From: Selaginella moellendorffii
Taxonomy: Eukaryota; Plantae; Lycopodiophyta
Length of the DNA stretch: 64,000 nt
NCBI RefSeq assembly: GCF_000143415.4
Contig: NW_003314331.1
Location: 1 to 64,000 of the forward strand
Direction: 5' to 3'
Positions within the stretch are counted from its first letter, which is position 1. The number at the start of each line of letters is the position of its first letter. The notes under the pieces are model-generated. The model searched no databases, was not told the origin of the DNA, and saw only the letters and a program-made list of their open reading frames with translations. A program made the translations under genes and the position numbers. This document shows, one piece after another, positions 60,150-64,000 of the stretch.

Positions 60150-61361
60150 CTAGAGGAGGATTGACGTAACGGCATTGTTGTGAAGAGGATCTTGTAAATG
60201 ATCGAGCAAGTTCTCCAAAGGGCCCTTCTTTGTCACGAGAGCTTGGACGTAAAATCCCAGCCACGCCACCATCGCTAGACGGCCATTCTTTATCTCCTTG
60301 ACTTTGAGCTCCTCGAAAGTAGCCGGATCTTTGGAGAGTCCCAGCGGATCAAACAGGACTCCTCCCGGATAGTTGATGTCTCCGGGAAGATAGATTCCTA
60401 GCGGTTCTAGTGCTTCGATGCCGCAGTACCTGGCATACTCTGGACCAACCTGTTTGGATCATAGATTAGTTTATATCGATTAGAAGAACTTGACTAGAAA
60501 AAGGACGATTTACCATGAGGAGGAACTGGCAGATCGCAATGACGAGGATGCCTTGAGCCCCAACAATGTGGAGGCCTGGAATCCCGAGATAATCTAGCGT
60601 ATCGCCCTCGAGCTTGGCATACCCGACTCGCCACCACACGCTCTCTGCGAATTTAACTCCAAAGAACTTTTCCAAGACCTCCGGGATCACCACTCCCAGC
60701 GCTGCTAGCATCGCCCATCGAGCATGCAAAATCTCGAAACTGGAAGAAGAATAAGAAAAGAGCTATGTGATAGTAAGTTCCATAGACTTCACGGGAAGGA
60801 ACTTACTTGAAGAACTTATCGAATTTTGCCGGATCTTTTCCAAGTCCCGCTATGTCGAAGCCATAATCTCCAGGAAAGCTTCCTTGGAGATGATCGGGAT
60901 AGTCGTATGGAATCGGCCCCAGCCATTTGGGACGATCTTGGCCAAACCACACACTAGAGCCAAGCGATCAGCAAATTAATCTCCATCTAAAAGGATTTCT
61001 TTACCTCACCTCGCGTCCCTAGCCCTCATTCTCGCGGCATCCACAGCCGATCGGGAGTTCTCCGCCGCGGCCTTGGTCTCTTGCATCCTCTCCTGGAGCT
61101 GCTTGCCGAGCGAGCTATTCGCGATTGCCTTGACTGCCGTGAAGGGAAATGCCGAGAACACAAGAACACCGGCGAGCTGGGAGCTCATCAAAATCACTGG
61201 AAATCATCTCGCAGCCGCATTAATCCATCTCTGCTCACCTCTTGCCAGGACGCCCTGCAGGAACAAGCATTGCGGCAGCGCCTGGGAGCTCTCCTCCTCC
61301 TTGCCCCATGGAATTTGCCCCAAGAACACGCCTCGCTGGTGGCGAGAATGGAAGAAGCCAT
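60150..61361 (-). CDS. LHCB7: Light-harvesting chlorophyll a/b-binding protein Lhcb7
   Basis: RASWQE|[21 protein letters not shown] (Lhcb7-type N-terminal helix), [30 protein letters not shown] and [15 protein letters not shown] at 61361, stop at 60150-60152. Confidence 0.93.
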
Positions 61362-61490
61362 GAGCTAATGGAGAATCATTTATGGAGAATCTTTTCGCAT
61401 ATGCTTCAGACTGACCGTTGATAGTTGACCAACTGACCAGCTTGACGGTGATCTATCCAATTATTTATTTTCTTCTTTTCGAGCGTGGCT

Positions 61491-61748
61491 ATGGCGTCGG
61501 CAATGGAGGCGCGATCTCTCTATCGATCACTGCTTCGCGAAGCACGGAGATTTCCCGATTATAACATTAGGGAGTACATCGCGAGGCGCTGCCGTCAAGG
61601 ATTTGAGGCTAGCAAGGCAGGAGGAGGCCGTGATTTGTTAGCGTTTGGGGAAGAACAGCTCGAGCTTGTGAGGAGGCAGAGCCAAGTCTATGGTATGTAT
61701 GCCCCCAAAATCAAGAATGTGATGGAGATCAAAGTCTCCAAAGCTTGA
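61491..61748 (+). CDS. ISD11: LYR-motif protein (ISD11/LYRM4), mitochondrial Fe-S assembly
   Basis: SLYRSLLREARRFPDYNIREYIARR..F..QLELVRRQSQVYGMYAPKIKNVME. Confidence 0.9.
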   Translation: MASAMEARSLYRSLLREARRFPDYNIREYIARRCRQGFEASKAGGGRDLLAFGEEQLELVRRQSQVYGMYAPKIKNVMEIKVSKA

Positions 61749-61861
61749 TAGAGAAGATCCCAAGATTATCACACGTCGATCTTGCAAGAACTCCGGTGTG
61801 CGCGTGTGTGTGTGTGAGAGAGAGAGAGTTTATTCTTATAAACATGCCTACCAATCGATTC

Positions 61862-62458
61862 TCATAGTTCTTGCTTGCTCCTAGATCTCTCCCATTTCTC
61901 GGGAAGAACAGGACGAATCGACTTACCCAGTGCTGGCCGCCGAGGCTTGTCCCTTCCAGAATCCCAGAGGTTTTGATCTTCCTTGGTCGGTGGTGAGCCA
62001 ATCTCGGTGATACTCACCGGCAGGAATGGCCGATCGTCTCGATCGTCGACCGAGAAGAATCCTTCCTCTTGCTCGCCTAGATCGCCATCCCCAGCAGCAG
62101 CTTTCCTGGATGGGCCATCGCGCCAGTTCCACAAATCCAGCGCGCCTGGCTTGCGGAACCTATCGGCTAGGGCGGAGAGCTGCTCGTCGGCCATGGGCGT
62201 CCTGGCCGGGAAGCTCTGCTGCTCCCACGGCTTCTCCAGCACCGTCACCGCGGCCATCATCTCCTGCCGCTTGCGCTTCTCGTAGATCCGGCGCTCGCGC
62301 AGCAGCCACGCCTTCTCGCGCATCCGCTGCTTGTGCATCTGGAGCCGCTTCCACTGCCACTTGGTGACGCCGCCGGGGAATGTGCGCTTGCCGCCGCCCA
62401 TTCGCACCACCAGCAGCTCCCATCGATTGCCACACCCGGCGCTCAAGCTCATCGCCAT
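61862..62458 (-). CDS. Protein consisting of only the N-terminal domain of RH33/RH48-type DEAD-box helicases
   Basis: MGGGKRTFPGGVTKWQWKR..LLRERRIYE..R.E..AAV..PWE..ALADRF.KPGA.DLWN..DGP. The ORF stops 113 bp from ISD11, leaving no room for a helicase core. Confidence 0.7.
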   Translation of the reverse strand: MAMSLSAGCGNRWELLVVRMGGGKRTFPGGVTKWQWKRLQMHKQRMREKAWLLRERRIYEKRKRQEMMAAVTVLEKPWEQQSFPARTPMADEQLSALADRFRKPGALDLWNWRDGPSRKAAAGDGDLGEQEEGFFSVDDRDDRPFLPVSITEIGSPPTKEDQNLWDSGRDKPRRPALGKSIRPVLPEKWERSRSKQEL

Positions 62459-62530
62459 GGCGGGAAAACCTCAAGAACCCTAAAATATCGCCATAAACCC
62501 TAAAATGTGCTCTTCCAGATTTTTGGGGCG

Positions 62531-63250
62531 ATGGAAGAAAGGCGCATCCACGAGCTGGAGAACGATGTTGCCGCGTTGTCTGCGAGGATCAAGGCAAGCT
62601 TTCATCCTCTCTTCAGTGAGTGAAAATCTTGGCGCAGGCACTGGAAGTAGAGAATGCAAATTTAACTGCTCGATTCGTTCTTCTTGTCTCCCATTCGATT
62701 TACTCTCTGTTCTTTCAGCATGGTGAGAACCAGTCGCTAAAATCGAAGCGGACTCACAAGAATCACAAGAAAGAAAATCAAGGTACTCTACTATCCTTTT
62801 AAAGGAATTCCGCTCTTTCTCTCTTGCTAGGAAACTCTAAGCGATGATTTGTAGCTTCGACAATCATGTACATTGGCAGCTGGTACGTTCCTATCTTTCG
62901 TTTGGAAGAAAGCTGATTTTTTTTTCTTTTTTTTCTTTTTTTTTGCTGCTTGCAGGTTATTGCTGGCCGCCGTTATTGCTTGCTTGCTCTTTTTTTCGCT
63001 GGGAAGGAAGAAGTCTGTGGGTTATGCACAACGCATTCTTATGGCATCAAGTTCGTTGCATGGCCGCCGTGCTTTTCATGATTGCCTGTGGTCGTGAAGT
63101 ACCAATATTTGTCTCCAGAGTAAGCTGGAGACAAATAAGATCACTGATTTTGTGGATCATCGACAACCTTTTAGACGTGGACAAGACCACGAGAAAATCA
63201 CAGTATTTGTGCCTTCCAAGGCCTACACTTCTACTGCCGACCTGGTAAGT
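62531..63250 (+). pseudogene. tRNA pseudouridine synthase (TruA/Pus3 type) fragment
   Basis: NAFLWHQVRCMAAVLFMIACGRE and IIDNLLDVDKTTRKSQY. The central catalytic GRTD region is absent. Confidence 0.7.
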
Positions 63251-63559
63251 GACTGTGACGGCTAGATTCAGGCTTAGATTTTGATTGAAATATCTGTGTA
63301 GAATCCAAAGTACAGATACATAAGCATTTGTTAAAACATCTCGACCAAACATTACTGACGGCTTCACTGATTTCCGAAGGCATGCTGGAGCTTGGTCAGC
63401 ATGCTTCTCTTGTATTTCTGCATGGTTAAATCCATGATGATGCAGACCCAATTGTTTATTTTAGCAAAACAAATTATCTGAACGTAAGCAGATTTTGATT
63501 TAGCTACTTATGAACGCAACCAACGCTTAAAATACTTTGGTATACTTACTTATCTTGCT

Positions 63560-63960
63560 CTAGTGAATTCCATAGATTTTGTGAGAGGGCTCCCTTCCTC
63601 CTCGAGCTGGATCTTGCAAATTATAGTAGATCCCAAGTTTTGGACTATAAAGTCTATAACTTTGGCAGTAAAGAACAAGCAGCGTGGAAAGTTTTGGAAC
63701 TTGCAATGAATTGTGTGGAACATCACTCTGATAGGAGGCCGAACATGAGCACTGTGGTAAATGAGCTGAAAGGCCTTGCCTCTCTCAATTTCCTTGCATG
63801 CCTGGAGCTGCTGTCACAAAAGACTTGAAAGAGTGTTTTTACCCATTTTGAAAGAGCAACTTCTTCCTCTGGAAGCAATAGATTGATGGGTTCACGGCGG
63901 CAAGCAATCTCGAACAGTACCACTCCAAAGCTGTACACATCTGATTTCCCGTGAGCCTGG
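63560..63960 (-). pseudogene. Receptor-like kinase 3' end with an internal inversion; continues beyond the window
   Basis: Minus strand [25 protein letters not shown]. Plus strand ILQIIVDPK..AWKVLELAMNCVEHHSDRRPNMSTVVNELK. Confidence 0.8.
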
Positions 63961-64000
63961 CGTTAGAAAAAAAAGAAGTTAGTCATTTTGAATAATAAGA

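Overview
Eukaryotic land-plant nuclear DNA, not prokaryotic. Introns are very short (about 45-70 nt, GT-AG), genes are tightly packed, and PLS-type PPR genes and remnants are abundant. This most resembles the lycophyte Selaginella (inference, not verified). The left ~40 kb is an AT-rich patchwork of transposon relics and deletion-collapsed pseudogenes (callose synthase, aldose 1-epimerase, ABCD2, ERECTA-like, PPRs). A few intact genes sit within it: RPL18, L-ascorbate oxidase, an IDA-like peptide precursor and a stand-alone gag ORF. The right ~23 kb is gene-dense: IMK-like LRR-RLK, TTLL12, a PPR-E gene, BOU, eIF4G, a coiled-coil protein, an LRR protein, LHCB7, ISD11 and an RH48-like N-terminal domain. 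Top leads: (1) an intron-containing gene at 1-3716 that joins a ParB/Srx-like domain to a prokaryotic-type beta-class N4C/N6A DNA amino-methyltransferase, ending just inside what looks like a CACTA transposon terminus; (2) an intact Ty3/gypsy gag ORF with coiled-coil plus capsid only and no pol or LTR, an Arc-like domestication candidate; (3) an IDA-like secreted peptide gene; (4) an eIF4G that keeps the W2/HEAT3 domain. All family assignments come from motif recognition by eye; no database searches were run.
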